A stretch of DNA of 52,864 nt, counting the filler, from Basidioascus undulatus (taxonomy: Eukaryota): NCBI GenBank assembly GCA_000826855.1. It is 3 parts of 3 records of this genome, joined end to end, with 100 filler letters (N's around TTAATTAATTAA, not from the genome) between each part and the next. Parts side by side here need not be neighbours in the genome. Positions count along the whole stretch, not along the records: positions 35,315 to 52,864 come from JTLS01000528.1; 2 more parts are not named here. One strand, given 5' to 3'. The position numbers and the translations under genes are program-made. Below the pieces are notes generated by a model. It was not told where the DNA came from. It saw only the letters and a list, made by a program, of their open reading frames with translations, and made no database searches. Positions 37,006 to 49,167 of the stretch are shown piece after piece (the stretch's first letter is position 1; each line of letters opens with the position of its first letter).

Positions 37006-39040
37006 TCACCGCGTGGGTATGAACTTATCCGAAGCCTCAAGTTGCTCGTGCTCGTTGTCCTTGAAAGCGACGATGCCGCTTGCACCAAGGAAGATGGTCA
37101 GTTCGAGGCAGCGTAAGGCGCACGGGAGAAATAATGACATACATGATAAGGCCGACTGCGAAAAAGCCAACGCTGTGGAAGGCAGAGCCATAGTTAAGCA
37201 AGCGAGACGGTTTGCTGGTTTGTTGTGGGGGGACACGTACGAGATTAGCAACCAGACAACCCCCCAGCCTATTTAGACAAGGAAAAGTCTCAGCTGCCGC
37301 ACACACATCGGAGGACAGGAAAGGGTCAGATGGGAAGGACGTACCGCGAGCAGGCAGGCACCCGAACAGGTCCGCAAACTGCGATGCATCGCTCGTCGCG
37401 AGCTTGCGGGAAATGCTGTCGGGAAGTTCTCGTCAGCTACGCCCATCTCTACCCTCTTGGCATACAGCTGGAATACGGACGTGTCGTCTATGATGTCCCT
37501 GCAGTCCAGTAGGCTTTTGTCAGCATGCGCGGAGACGAAGGGCTGGGATGGAACGCACCAGACGGAGTACAGACAGCTCATCACTCCAATGAACAATATG
37601 ATGAAGCGCTGTTTCGAATCCACCATAAGCCATTGACTCTGGGACCATACCAGCCGAAGCCCTTTACCAGGTAGACGCCGTGACTGCGTGGAACCGGTCA
37701 GTCAGTAAGCCCAGAGTTCCGGCGAGGACTCAACGGGGGCTTACTTGATGAACCAGAAGCCTAATCAGAGGGGGGCCGCATTGTCAGCCGTGGTCACCGC
37801 CTGGTTCTTTACACTAAAAACAGCGCACGCACCCACAATCTACCATAAGTCATCCCCTTCGTTAGTATCACAGTAGGACAGAGAGCGAGCAAGAAACGGC
37901 TTACCAGCCCCGCCATGCAGAGGATGAGTACCCAAGTCCTAAATAACACAACGCCTCGCCGATCAGCAGCTGCCACGCCCGTCCGATTTCACAAAATTGA
38001 CATACAACCAGTCACGCCGTGCCCAGAAGAGGGTGAGGAGGAAGACTGCAGCGAGGACGAGACAGCAGATCTTGGACGCGACGGTGTTGAAACCGCACGC
38101 AATGAGCGCCGCGCCGATTAAGCTCGAGCCTGGACAACAGCGACCAGTGGGTTAGACACGTCCAGGCCGTTCAAGAGAGAATGAAAAACAAACGAACCCA
38201 GGTACTGTTCGGCAGTTGTGCAGAGGTAGGAGTGAGTCGTCAAGGGCGTGAGGCGCTGATGTGGGGATCGAGAGAACGCACTCCTGCCGGGAGAGTCTAA
38301 AGAGTACGCGAACGAGCCCCGTAAGTTATTCTTCCCTCTTTTCGGGCGCTGATCGGAAGAAGCACTTACGACGGCCGAGATTCCACCCCTCATCCTCGTC
38401 TCACCTCCCTCTACCCGACCACCGACGAAGCGCGTTCAGCACCCATCACGGGACCCCTTCAGCGCAGAGTCCCTTGTACCAAAGCGTACCATGTGGATCC
38501 AGCCGAATGCTCTCCACCTTCGCGCATGTCATCTTCCCCGCCAGCGCATGCGAGAACTCGTGTAGGCCGACCGTCCTGGACGCGCGTATACTCGTGCCTT
38601 AGTTACGGCACTTCCACTCATCAGAAGAGGCTAAACAGAAACGCACAGCAGCTTGAACGGGTATATGGTCCAGCTGAGCGGGAGATGTAAGCATGCTTCA
38701 GGGGCTCGAGGCAGCAAGGAAGTCAGGCCGGACGCACGAGAGGATGGGTATGTGCCACAAGATGGCAATGGCAACGGTGTATATACACGCGATGATGAGC
38801 GTGATGCGTCTAGTACCCGGTTGTTTTCCTTCTGATCAGCACCGTCAGGGCAGGACGGAACTTCGCAGCTACGCACTGCGTCTCGTTCGGTACGATCTGG
38901 GACTCCTAAACGTAGCCGCCTCAATCTCAGCATCTCCCCTCTCCTCCTAGACGACACTAGCCAAGCGAAAGCGTGCGCACCTCTCTCTTCGCAACTTCCC
39001 CTGTCCATCTCAGCGCCTCGTCTATCAAGAAAGCTGGCAT
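37006..39040 (-). CDS. Peptidase M50B-like intramembrane zinc metallopeptidase, many short exons
   Basis: Splice: PNETQ|RITLIIACIY..LWHIP|WTIYPFKLL|TVGLHEFSHALAG..DPH|EGGETRMRGGISAV|TLPAG|YL|GSSLIGAALIACGF..; FIILFIGVMSCLYSVW|DIIDDT|ISRKLATSDASQFA..WGVVWLLIS..GIVAFK. HExxH motif at 38548-38562. Confidence 0.88.
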
Positions 39041-39583
39041 TACGGCTCGTCCAGGAGCTCGGGAATAAGGAAGCGAGAAGATCGTTCAACAGCTCGCGCG
39101 TCGAGCTGTAGGTGTGCGTGTGTGGAGAAAGGCAGTGAGAGTCCCTTAGGTATCCGGGGATTCGTGATGAGTTCGTGAGTGTCGTGTTTAGGTATCGTGG
39201 TGGTAGTGGATGAAGAGATGGTGGGGCAAGGACACAGGAGGCGGGAGCCGGGAGGCCAAGGACAAGCCTCGACGGCGCAGCGCATCCCTGTCTTGATTTC
39301 GCTCACGTGATGACGACAACTGCACCGCCTCAAGAACATGTAGGACGATTCTCCGCTCCAAAAATCTGGCAGTTAGGGCAACCACGGCCAAAAAGAAGGC
39401 AGGCGGAAGCACACCAGGCAAAGTCGAGCCCAGAGGACGGAACGCGCAGGAGCTCGAGAACAGCCCCCACGTCGCCTGAGCCACAAACGTCGAGCCGCAG
39501 CACCCTTCACCGGCACTGCATGCTATTCCAAGTACAGAGCTCAATCGCGTTGTCCGTGAAATACACCTCCTACACCAAGCTGC

Positions 39584-42515
39584 TCAATACCGAGCACGGT
39601 AATCCCTCTCATCCCGGCCATAGCCGCCCATCCCGTCCCTTCCATCCCTTCCATCCCGCTTGTACGGGCCGCCCCGGTCACCACCACCGCGCCTGTACCC
39701 CCGGTCGTCCTCGTCCGGGTACCGCCTGCCGCCGCGCTCAGGCGTCGGGCTTCGACGGCGGTATTTTTCCGGCGTCGGACTGCGCGGGCGCCGTTCGGGA
39801 ACCGGGCTGCGCGGACGCCGCTCGGGGATGGGGCTGCGCGGGCGCCGTTCGGGGGTCGGAGAACGCGTCTCCGAACGGTACCGGCCGCCGCGGTCGCGGG
39901 AACGAGAACGGGAACGAGAACGAGAACGAGAGCTCGAGTATGAGCGGCGACGCGAGGAGCGGCGGCGGCGGTAGTATGAGTCGTCCGAATCCGAGTCGCT
40001 GTCGCTCTCGGACGAGCTCGAGGAGAGGTCGGACGAGGAGTCACTGTCGGAGGATGAGTCCGACGAGGACACGTCGGCCGCAAGCGCCGCACGACGCTGC
40101 TCCATGATGAGCTTGGGAGCGTTCTGTCACGAAAGACATCTGTCAGTCACAGCGCGCACAGCGATAACAAGGAGCGAGAACGACGCACTTTAAGGTGCTC
40201 GCGCATGTTCTCGGTAACCGCGCCGAGACCGACGGAGGTGAAGTAGTTTATCGAGAAGCGGGTGTTCTTGGGGTTGTCGAGCGGGAACATGCCCTTGAAC
40301 GCCTCCTGCAGGCTCGGGTCCGCGAAGCGCGCGACGACCGTCTTGAGGCCCATCATCTCCGTAATCTCCTGCATGAGGATCTTGACGAAGATACGGCTCG
40401 ACGACGTCGTGTCCTCCTCGTTCATCCGCACGATCTCGAAGACGCCCCACGAGATGGCGTCGGTCGCGAGGAGGTGCCCGAAGAAGCGCGCGATGTTGCG
40501 CAGACGGTTCGTCTCATAACGGTGGATCGTGTCGTAGTACGTCGCGAAAGTCTGCTCGTAGAGCTGCGTCCAGAGACGGTTGAGCTTCGCGAAGCGCTCG
40601 CCGATGAGGCCGTAGAACTTGTTGTACGACCGCTCCTGGGAACAACACTCGATGATCATGTTGCAGAGCTCGATCTATGGGGTGATAGGCGTGATCAGCA
40701 GCAGCGCGGTGAGAATCAGTTTGGGCACTCTCGGACGGACCTCGTTGCCCTCGGGCAAGTTCAGCTTCATCAGCTTGTGAACAGCTTCGTCGTGCGCGAG
40801 CTGCATGGGGTACACTGTCAGGGGCACGCACGTCAAGGTATCGGCACCGAATGCAGACACACCGAGTTCATGATGGTGAGATAGATGGTTCGCCGGAGGT
40901 TGATAAGGTTGGTCGAGGTATTGTCCACGATCGCGGTCTTGCCGCCCGGCCCAGTCGTGGCTTTACGGTGCACGCTGTCAGCTCACTTGAAAACGAACCC
41001 CGTAGCGCGCTCGAGATCGACTCACCAGGCGGCGCCTCCTCATCTTCATCCTCGTCTGACTCCTCTTCCTCTGTACCACTCTCCTCCTCGGACTCATCGC
41101 CTAAAATCTCCGCCCGAAGCCCTTTGTACTTCTCCTCGTCGTCCTCGTAGTTCGGGTTGAACTTGAATACGTCTGGAGTTCAGATAAACTTGTCAGCTCC
41201 GATGGACGCACTTGATGGAAGCAAGACTCGAGCAAGGTAGCAACGTACTCGTGCCGTCATCAAGCTTCAGCTCGTCCTCAAGGCCGACGTTGTGCGTGAT
41301 CTGCTCCTCCTCCTCGACGAGATCGAGCCCTTCGGGCAGGATGGGGTTGTCCTTATACTGGTCCTTGCGGACCTGGAAGAGGACCTCGATCATGTACTGC
41401 GTGCGCTTCGCGATCTTGGCGTCGTGGAGCGTGTTGCGGAACGTCTCGAATACGAAGTTGTTGCCCTGCGACTCGCGCTCGGCGAGCGCGGCGCCAACCT
41501 CGCGAGTGAAGCCGACGGCGATTTCGACGGAGTCGTCGGAAGCGCGCGTGAGGAGGAAGATGAGAATCTCGAGCGCGAGTGTGTCGGTGATGACCATCTG
41601 ATTGACGAGGTGCGCGATGAAGATGACCGTCGCATTGCAGACAATCTGTGCGCCAGACAATTGAAAGTTGAGGTCTAACCACTGCCCCGAAGAAAAAGAG
41701 ACACGCACCTTGTCGTTACGGCGGAAGGATTTGCGGAACTGGCTGATGAGGCGGTTGACGAGGAGCTCGCCAACTGTGGGGAGCTTCGTGTTGATGATCG
41801 CGACCAGCGCGGCGAAGACGGGCGTGAAAGGCAGCGATGCCGCCTGCGCTTTCATGATGGACCGGCAGAAGAGACCGCGCCCGCGGATGAGGTTCTCCTT
41901 GAAGAGCTCCGGCGCGATCGTCTTGATGTTGCCGACGTTGACCTTGTTGATGAGACCGTTGATGGACTTTCGAAGCTGATCCCAGCTCAGCCTGAAATGG
42001 ACCACGATACCCACGATGAGCCTCCCTACGCAGACCCGTCCCAGCCGCAGGACGCGACGCACCTCTGGAACTCCGGTCCCGCCTTATCCTGCATCGCCTG
42101 CTCTTCCATCATCGCGCGCAGACGCGCAGGCGGAATGTACCGCCCCGCTGCGCGGTTCGTCCCAAGCGCCGCCAGGTCCTTTTTCACGTCCGGCTTGGGC
42201 TTCTCGACGGGCCCGGCGAGCTCCGCCTCGAGCGCGCGGATCTCGGCCTGACGCTCGCGTTCGCGTCTGCGCGCCGTGTCGAAGTCCTTGATACCGGGGA
42301 CTGCGTGTCCGTCATCACCCGGGGGAGGCGACACCGAGCGACGACGGCGGGTGGGAGGAGAAGCGGAGCGGCGGGGAGAACGCGAGCGCGACAGGGAGCT
42401 GGAAGAGGGAAAGGGTCTGTCAGCAGATGTGCTGGTGAGATTCAAGACGCGAGACGCACCGCTTGCGCTTGTACGGCCCATCAGCGGGCAGAGGGCTCGC
42501 GCTGCGGTCAGACAT
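39584..42515 (-). CDS. CWC22: Pre-mRNA splicing factor Cwc22 (MIF4G + MA3, RS-rich tail)
   Basis: GRYIPPARLR, LSWDQLRKSINGLINKVN..ENLIRGRGLFCRSIMKAQAASLPFTPV, NLINLRRTIYLTIMNS, CCSQERSYNKFYGL..IHRYETNRLRN, NTRFSINYFTSVGLG. Confidence 0.97.
39780..39860 (-). repeat. Three 27-bp coding tandem repeats in the CWC22 tail
   Basis: Encode (P)xPERRPRS units: RSPTPERRPRSPIPERRPRSPVPERRPRSP. Confidence 0.9.
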
Positions 42516-43366
42516 GGTGTTCGAACCACGAAGCAAGAGGGTAAACGGTGATGTGAAGAAGAGACACGCCGCGTTGGAGTCGCGGTGGTGGCGGTTGAGG
42601 GAGGAGCGCGGCGCTTCAGGCCCACTATGGCGTCGGGCGTACAGTTTTCATTTCGGGAGTCCCGTTGCAGGCTCACCGAGTTTCTCGCCTTACGACGTCT
42701 AGATGTATACAATTCGCAAACAGCCCTGAGAGTATACTATACAATCTGGTTAGACGGCTTTCACCACTTACATCGTGAGCGTGAGACATAATACATAAAG
42801 GCAGAGTCGACACATGAAGGTACACTTCGCGGCCACTCCCACTGCCCTCTGCAACACTTAAACGACCTCGACAAACCAGGGTCCAACGCGCAAATACTAC
42901 CAAGATACGATATGTTTCAAGTTCTTTGCGAACACCTCGAAAAGGAAGAAGTACCATCGTGTGTGCCAAAGGAATTGTCTGGACTGGCTGCAACCAGTTG
43001 AAACTTCATGTGCAGTCACGCATTTGCAGGCGTTGTAGGCTGTTTAAGCTGCGATGGGAGCTTCATACTAGCTCAAAAAAGAGGTCGAAGACCTCTTCGC
43101 ATATGTGCGGCCATCCATGGCCTTCACTGCGCAGGAAAGAGGCAGTCTCTCATGCCACCGGCATGTCAAAATGATTGCGCTGCAGAGCCAACAGCAGGTG
43201 ATTGATCATCTACATACTTTTAGCATCAAGGCTATAAATTATGAGACTTTAACGACAGTACTCCAAAGTCGTCCGAGGTCTCCACCAACGCTCGCAGCCG
43301 CGTCGCCTTACACGCAAACCCAGCGAAAATTTGGCCCCACTGCAGCTCTCCACTTCAGCGGCCCCC

Positions 43367-44092
43367 TTATGGCCGGGAAAAATCAGATTCAAACAACATA
43401 CTTTCGGCCGCCGCTTCCCCGCTCGACAGGCCGTCAAAAGGGTTAAGGTCTTCGAGCCCACCGTCGTCGTCGAAGTCGTAGTCATACTCGTCCAGCAGGT
43501 TTGGGTTGCGTCGAAGCTCGTCGCAGAGTTTTTCGTCATACCATGGCTCCGGGGACAATGGAGGATCCGGAGTCGTCCATCAGGTTACGGTCGGAATCAA
43601 AGTCCCGGAGCCATAGTTCGTAATGTCAAACCTATCGTCGTCGGAGTCTTCCGATTCCGTCTCTCCGTTTTCGGCCTCGTCGGACGCCTGTGATGGTCTG
43701 TTCATTGGGATGCCAGTTCAAAGTGATCGCAAGCCACAAGAAGAAGACTGAGATATATAGACTCACTCGGGCTGCGAGGCCAAGCGCAGCTCCTCGCTGA
43801 TACGCTTCACTCCAGACTCCCTTTTCTTCTGGACGTTACACGGATCCCGTCGGTATACCATGTCTTGAAAAAACTCGTTAAATATACCAACTTCTGATTC
43901 ATCATAAGCCACCGCTTCGCTTTCATGCTCGTCCTTAACATCCCGGGCGTCCTTCGGCCTCACCTCGGAAAGAAGTTCTGGCGCCCGCTCGACTCCGCGG
44001 TGTCGGTTGCCCGTTCGTGGATCTTCTTCTTGCAAAGAGCCGCCCGCTCCTTTGAAAGACTTATTTGAAAACACGGCTGGAGCACGAGGCAT
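43367..44092 (-). pseudogene. Possible decayed acidic protein gene of unknown function
   Basis: MPRAPAVFSNK.. ORF ending at a GTGAGT donor, then acidic segments (ESEDSDDDRF; DEYDYDFDDDGG) interrupted by a stop. Confidence 0.3.
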
Positions 44093-45539
44093 ATGGGATA
44101 AAGTGATGGATGGTGGAGAAAGGGGAAGCCGGTGCGGGACGGGACCATGGCGCGTTGCCATTGGGCCGAACCTTCCTCAGATTTCGGCCCCCACCTTCAA
44201 CAAATGGACAGACAAACTGCGGCTTCAACTTCCATTCTCACCGTTGTTTTGCACATTATGTGTAGATTCTAAATGGGTGACGGAATAGAGAATACACCTG
44301 GGTTCAGTTCAACCTGCTTGCAGTCAGCCTGCGCAACACGCAATCCTACAGGCAAAGCCGAATCTGTTTCTCACTGGAAGGATCGACAGCAACTGAATGT
44401 TGGGCACATTTAAGCGCGTAAACAGCCTGTTGGAATGTTGGAGCACTGTTGAAGAAGAGGAAGTAGTTCGTGATATAGGCGAATACACAGGCTTCTGCGG
44501 TTCAAGGCTCCCGCTCGCGGACCCGCCGAAATGTAATTGTCGACCAAAGGGTACCTATTCTTAATAGACTTAGTCATAATCACTATTGACGGCATGTTTT
44601 CAAGCTTTACAGAAACCATAGAGAGTATCAAATGGTAATGTTGAAGACGGACTCCAAATGTCATGCCCAGCGGGATTGGACGCACACCGACCTACACATG
44701 AAGCTGAAGCATCTCCGGACTCTCGCGTTCAACCCATGGTTCGCCACGGAGGCGTCACGCGAGAAGAATTGCGACATGGACATGTGCGACTCGATGGCGA
44801 GCAGCTCGTGGCCCGTGTACCAATTCGAAGCGCTGAGCGATCGCACGGAGCAGGCTCGCAGGCTCGCGAAAAGATTCGGCGAGCTAGAGGTGGTGCGCAT
44901 GCCAGTCCGCATCCGGGGGACTGGTTGGGCTTGTGTTGGGCTGGGTACGAGTGGAAGGTGGAGTGAGGGGACCAGGGGGTGGTTGTGTCGTACAATCCAG
45001 ACCTCGTCGTGAAATTTGAGCGCGATACTCTTTTTACGACTCTGCTTGTGCGTGTCGGTTCAACGTGTAACCTTCACGAACTCAGCAGAACAGTGCAGGG
45101 TGAGCGAAGTTCGCTGGGAAGTGGGGCTGCAAAGCGTGGTCTGGTGGTGTGTTCTCTGAACCTTGCGAGCTGTCCTGCGGTTGAGCTCTGGCAATGACAT
45201 GTCTTCCGGCCTCTCCGCCTCTACCCAGTCCTTCCGTCGCCTCATCTCTTGCAGCACTCGGAGAGTACCCCTCCGCGTCCGGCCTCGCATGCCGTCTTCT
45301 TTCACTGTCACGACTTGGTCAGAACGAAGATCCCTTGGCCGCACGCATAATCACGCATAATACGACGAACGGTGAATTTCATTCAGCAAGAAGAATTTTA
45401 TTCGAAAATTCCACACAAGAGCTACGATTACATTACGCGCCTTCGAAGCCGAGAAAGCCTGCGAGAAAGCCTGGTGTACTTTGCGACCCTCCTGCCCATC
45501 CCATGCCTTCCTATTACCGGCAGTTCCAACCTCCAGCCA

Positions 45540-46604
45540 TCACGCATCCCCCTTCTCCCTTCTCTCCCGTCCCTCATCCAACTCCACCGTCCCCCTCCCC
45601 GCGCTCTCGGCGGGGATCAAGCCCGCCTCCTCCTCCTCCTCCTCCATCTCGACTCTCCACGCGCCTCTGCCCTCCTCCTCCTCCCTGCTCCGCCTACTCA
45701 CACCCTCCGTGCCCTTCCCCTTACCCTTCGCCCGCTCCTCAGGAAGGAGCCTGTCAGCGTACCGCTCCTCGCCCACGTCCTCCTCCCGCGTGGGCACGCG
45801 CGAGTGTTTCGAACCGAGCTGCACGCCTTCCGCGTGCTCCGGCGAGGTCGACGACTTCGACCACCCGCCCTTGGAACGCCGGAAGGGGTTTGAGAAGGAC
45901 GGGCGCCAGGACTGGCGCGGAGCTTGGAAGTCGGAGTGCGAGGAGAAGTAGTTGGACGTTTCGCGCGCGCGGCGGAGGAACCTGGTAGGCGAGGGGTTGA
46001 TACACGTGAGAGCGATTTGGCAAGGAAAAGATATGCGGAGAGGGGACGGACCATCCGCCTAGCATGCCAGCTAACACGAGCGCGACGCCCAGGGAGATGA
46101 GGAACCCGATCCAGCCGGCGGGGAGGTACGGCAGGTGACTGGCAATCGCGAGCGCAAATCAAACAACACCCAGCGTCAGGATGTTCTATCGCAGCGGAAA
46201 GCGCAGGGAAGGGCCCGATGAACTGCTACGCACGGGAGGTCTTTGGTGTCGGGGAGAAAGTCCGGGATGCGTTGGCCCGAAGAGTGATGGCGGGAGCCGG
46301 TCGTGGACGTCGGCCTCTGCATGAATACGATCCAAGCGCAGCACCATCATTCAGCTAAACGACCAGCGGAAGCCCTTCAAAAGGCAGTGCCAGCGACGCA
46401 CAGGCATCGAGTCCGACGGCGTCGGGCGCGAGACGTACTCGCGCCCTGGGTTCGCGTGAAAGAGCACGGGCATGTCGATGAGAGTGGACGGTTTCGACCG
46501 GGACGTTTGATCGGTGTGAGGACGAGCTAGTTTGAGATAGGTGAATGCGGGTGCGCCAGGCGACGACACGCGGTGAGGGAATCGTTTGTGCGAGGGGGCG
46601 TCAT
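45540..46604 (-). CDS. Hypothetical single-pass membrane protein (start 46604 or 46473)
   Basis: In-frame splice over 3 introns: ..DSMP|RPTSTT..DLP|HLPYLPAGWIGFLISLGVALVLAGMLGG|WFLRRARE.. followed by a charged tail. Confidence 0.65.
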
Positions 46605-46906
46605 GTGTTCGAACTTCTCTTCGCAGGGAACGTCAGTTGAGTTTCAGTGAGTGAGTGAGTAGTAATGGAGAATGGGAGAGATGTATTAGTGAGATGCTCG
46701 ATCGATGCGTGTAGCCCGCGAAGGACGACATTCCAGTGAGGCGCGTCGAGCAGTGGATGGCCTCATCGCGGAGCCTTGTCCAACGCAGGCGTGTATGCTG
46801 GCATCGATCGATCGATTCATATAGTGATGGCACAGCGTAACGCATGCCTGGAATTTGTTGTACAGCTCGGGTCCGTCATCCCGGATGAGCAAGCCATCTC
46901 CTCACC

Positions 46907-47320
46907 TCAGAGCTCGTCCCCGCCCCTCTTCGCTCTTAGCCGGGGCACCTCCCTCTCGACCCTCGAACCCTCCCCTCCGAGCCTCCTCAAGACATCCTCC
47001 ACCTCCTTCAGCGTCTCCTCGCCGCGGTCCTTGGGCACCTCAAACAGCTGCACGTCACGGAGCTCGCCCACGTGCCCGAGGTGCCGCACGCCGTCCGGCA
47101 GGTCGTTCGCTGCGAATGCTGAGGACGACGAGAAGGACGATGGGAGGGTGAGAGTCAGGTAGTTGTGCGTTCCGTGCGTAAGGGCAGGGGGCGCAGTGCT
47201 GCTCCCTGTGGATGGGTGCGCGAGCGAGGCGGGCATGGCGGTGCAAGGCGACGATGATGATGGCGTCTGGTTGACCGCCGGCGCCCGCGAGGAGATCGAC
47301 GTTGAGGCTCGGCTCGGCAT
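46907..47320 (-). CDS. Small intronless protein resembling a stand-alone peptidase S8 (kexin) pro-domain (start 47320 or 47236)
   Basis: NYLTLTL..VRHLGHVGELRDVQLFEVPK..VEDVLRRL..SRVEREVPRLRAKRGGDEL* resembles the kexin/furin prodomain pattern (G.iGeL.d..lF..vE.Q....R.KR). Confidence 0.6.
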   Translation of the reverse strand: MPSRASTSISSRAPAVNQTPSSSSPCTAMPASLAHPSTGSSTAPPALTHGTHNYLTLTLPSSFSSSSAFAANDLPDGVRHLGHVGELRDVQLFEVPKDRGEETLKEVEDVLRRLGGEGSRVEREVPRLRAKRGGDEL

Positions 47321-47366
47321 CTGTCCGCCTCGGCTTCCCCCTTCTTACCCTCCCGCACCCATCAGC

Positions 47367-48830
47367 ATGTCCGCCATGATTCCAACAATTCTCACCTATT
47401 TCCCGCCTTATTTGCTTTACCACACCCGCACCCTCTTTGTGTCCTTCTTCCTCTGCAACGCGATCCGCACCTGGTCCTCCAGCGGTTCCCCTTCCTTCTT
47501 CCCCCAATATGCCCGTGCGCTTCATCAGGTCCTTCTCCAGCACGGACTACCATCTGATTTGTGTGGGCACAGGAATGAATCCAAAGCAGCAGAAGGACTG
47601 GGATTGTCATGTGCGTCTCTCTCTGACGACCAACGTCGCTCGAAGCTCACACGCCAGACTGAGCAGGTCGTTAGCATGGTCTACAGCTGTGTCATCGTCC
47701 CCTTCGCCCTGGCACTTTGGATTTTGGACCCTATAGGGAGGGATAACATCTTCGGTGCACTTCTTCTGACCTTCCTCTTGGCTGCTTTCCCGCCCGCTGA
47801 TGAACCGCCCAACCCACAGGCTACAACCGCTGGGTCGGCGAGCTGCACGCGGTTTCCTGTGGGTGAGTGGACTGGATTGAGCGTTATATTTTGTGAAAGC
47901 CCCGTACTCACGTACTCTGCACAGATAGTACGTCTTTCACTCTCCTACCAAGGGCGTCTGCTCGTTTCCACACCCGTGCTGATGTCGCCGCCCCACAGCT
48001 TCCTCTGGGACGCAATCACCTCCGCCTCCGTATCCGGTCCGCAGTCCGTCGTATACGGTGCGTCCGCTCGTACCCATCTTGCCATTCACCTCCTCATTGA
48101 CCCATGTCTCCGTCTGCACAGGCATCGCCTGCTTCCTCGTCTTCTTCAACTCCTTCAGGTGCGCCCCTCCCCGCCTCCGCCCTTTTTCCTGCCCTGCCGT
48201 ACTCAACCTTCTCCCCGCACACCAGCCCCTTCCTCATGCCCTACGGACCCAGCTTCCTCCTCTGGGAGGCTTCCACGCCCTTCCTAAACCTCAACTGGTT
48301 CTTTGTACGCCCCCTCCCCCCCTCCCCTCTCCACGTCTTCTCTCTCGTCACCTCACTCACACATCCATGCGTGGCGCAGGAGCTCACCCCCGGCCTAAAG
48401 GACACGAACCTCCACCTCATCAACGGCCTCGCGCTCTTCGCGTCCTTCTTCCTCGCCCGCATTGTATTCGGCACGTGGATGAGCCTCGACTTCTTCCGGA
48501 CTATCGCCTTGCACAAGGAGCGGGTCAGCCCGGGCCTGCAGGGGGTCTACGTGCGTCTGTTCTTTCACACCCTCGGTCCTTCTTTCTCTCTTCACCGCTT
48601 TCCCGCTTTCTTGTTCTTCCCATGGAGTTACTGACCCCGATGGTGACCACCGACAGATGTGCAGCAACGTCACGCTTAACCTCCTCAACTACTTCTGGTT
48701 CTACAAGATGCTCATGAAGGTGCGGCGCACGCTCAAGCGCGTCGGCGGACCGAAGCCCGCCGCTGTGGGCGCCGCCGGCGCCGCCAGCGCGCCGAAGGCT
48801 CAGGCGGCTGCGGGGAAGAAGAGGCGGTGA
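47367..48830 (+). CDS. TLC (TRAM/LAG1/CLN8) domain membrane protein, Tda4/TMEM56-like
   Basis: KDWDCH|VVSMVYS, G|Y|FLWD, PFLMPYGPSFLLWEASTPFLNLNWFF, INGLALFASFFLARIVFG, NVTLNLLNYFWFYKM, basic C-terminus KKRR*. Confidence 0.9.
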
Positions 48831-49167
48831 GGGATGGGGGATGGCGTAAGCAGTGGACACGGAGCGGAGAGAATGGTGGATGAGGAGCGCATAGAAGGGG
48901 GAACCAGGTCTGCAGGGAGGAGCTATAGAAGAGACAAAAAAGCAATAGATTCGTGCTCGTGATAGACTTTGCGAGGTCCCTCGCCTGTTCGCGTATCTGT
49001 CTGAGAGCGGTTAGCAACCCACAATCATCCGAAGAGCCCAACTAGATAAGATGCAGTGAGGGGAGTACAGCTAAATTTTCACAATTTCCTTTTCCAACAC
49101 ATGACTTCCATGACAGAAAGCGCCAACTCCAGAAGCATCAAACATCGATATGATCACTCTGCCTCTT

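Noticed and set aside
44632..45344. Short coding-like fragments (LKHLRTLAFNPWF..; MRPRDLRSDQ..)
   Set aside because: Could be gene relics, but no start, splice model or family could be supported.
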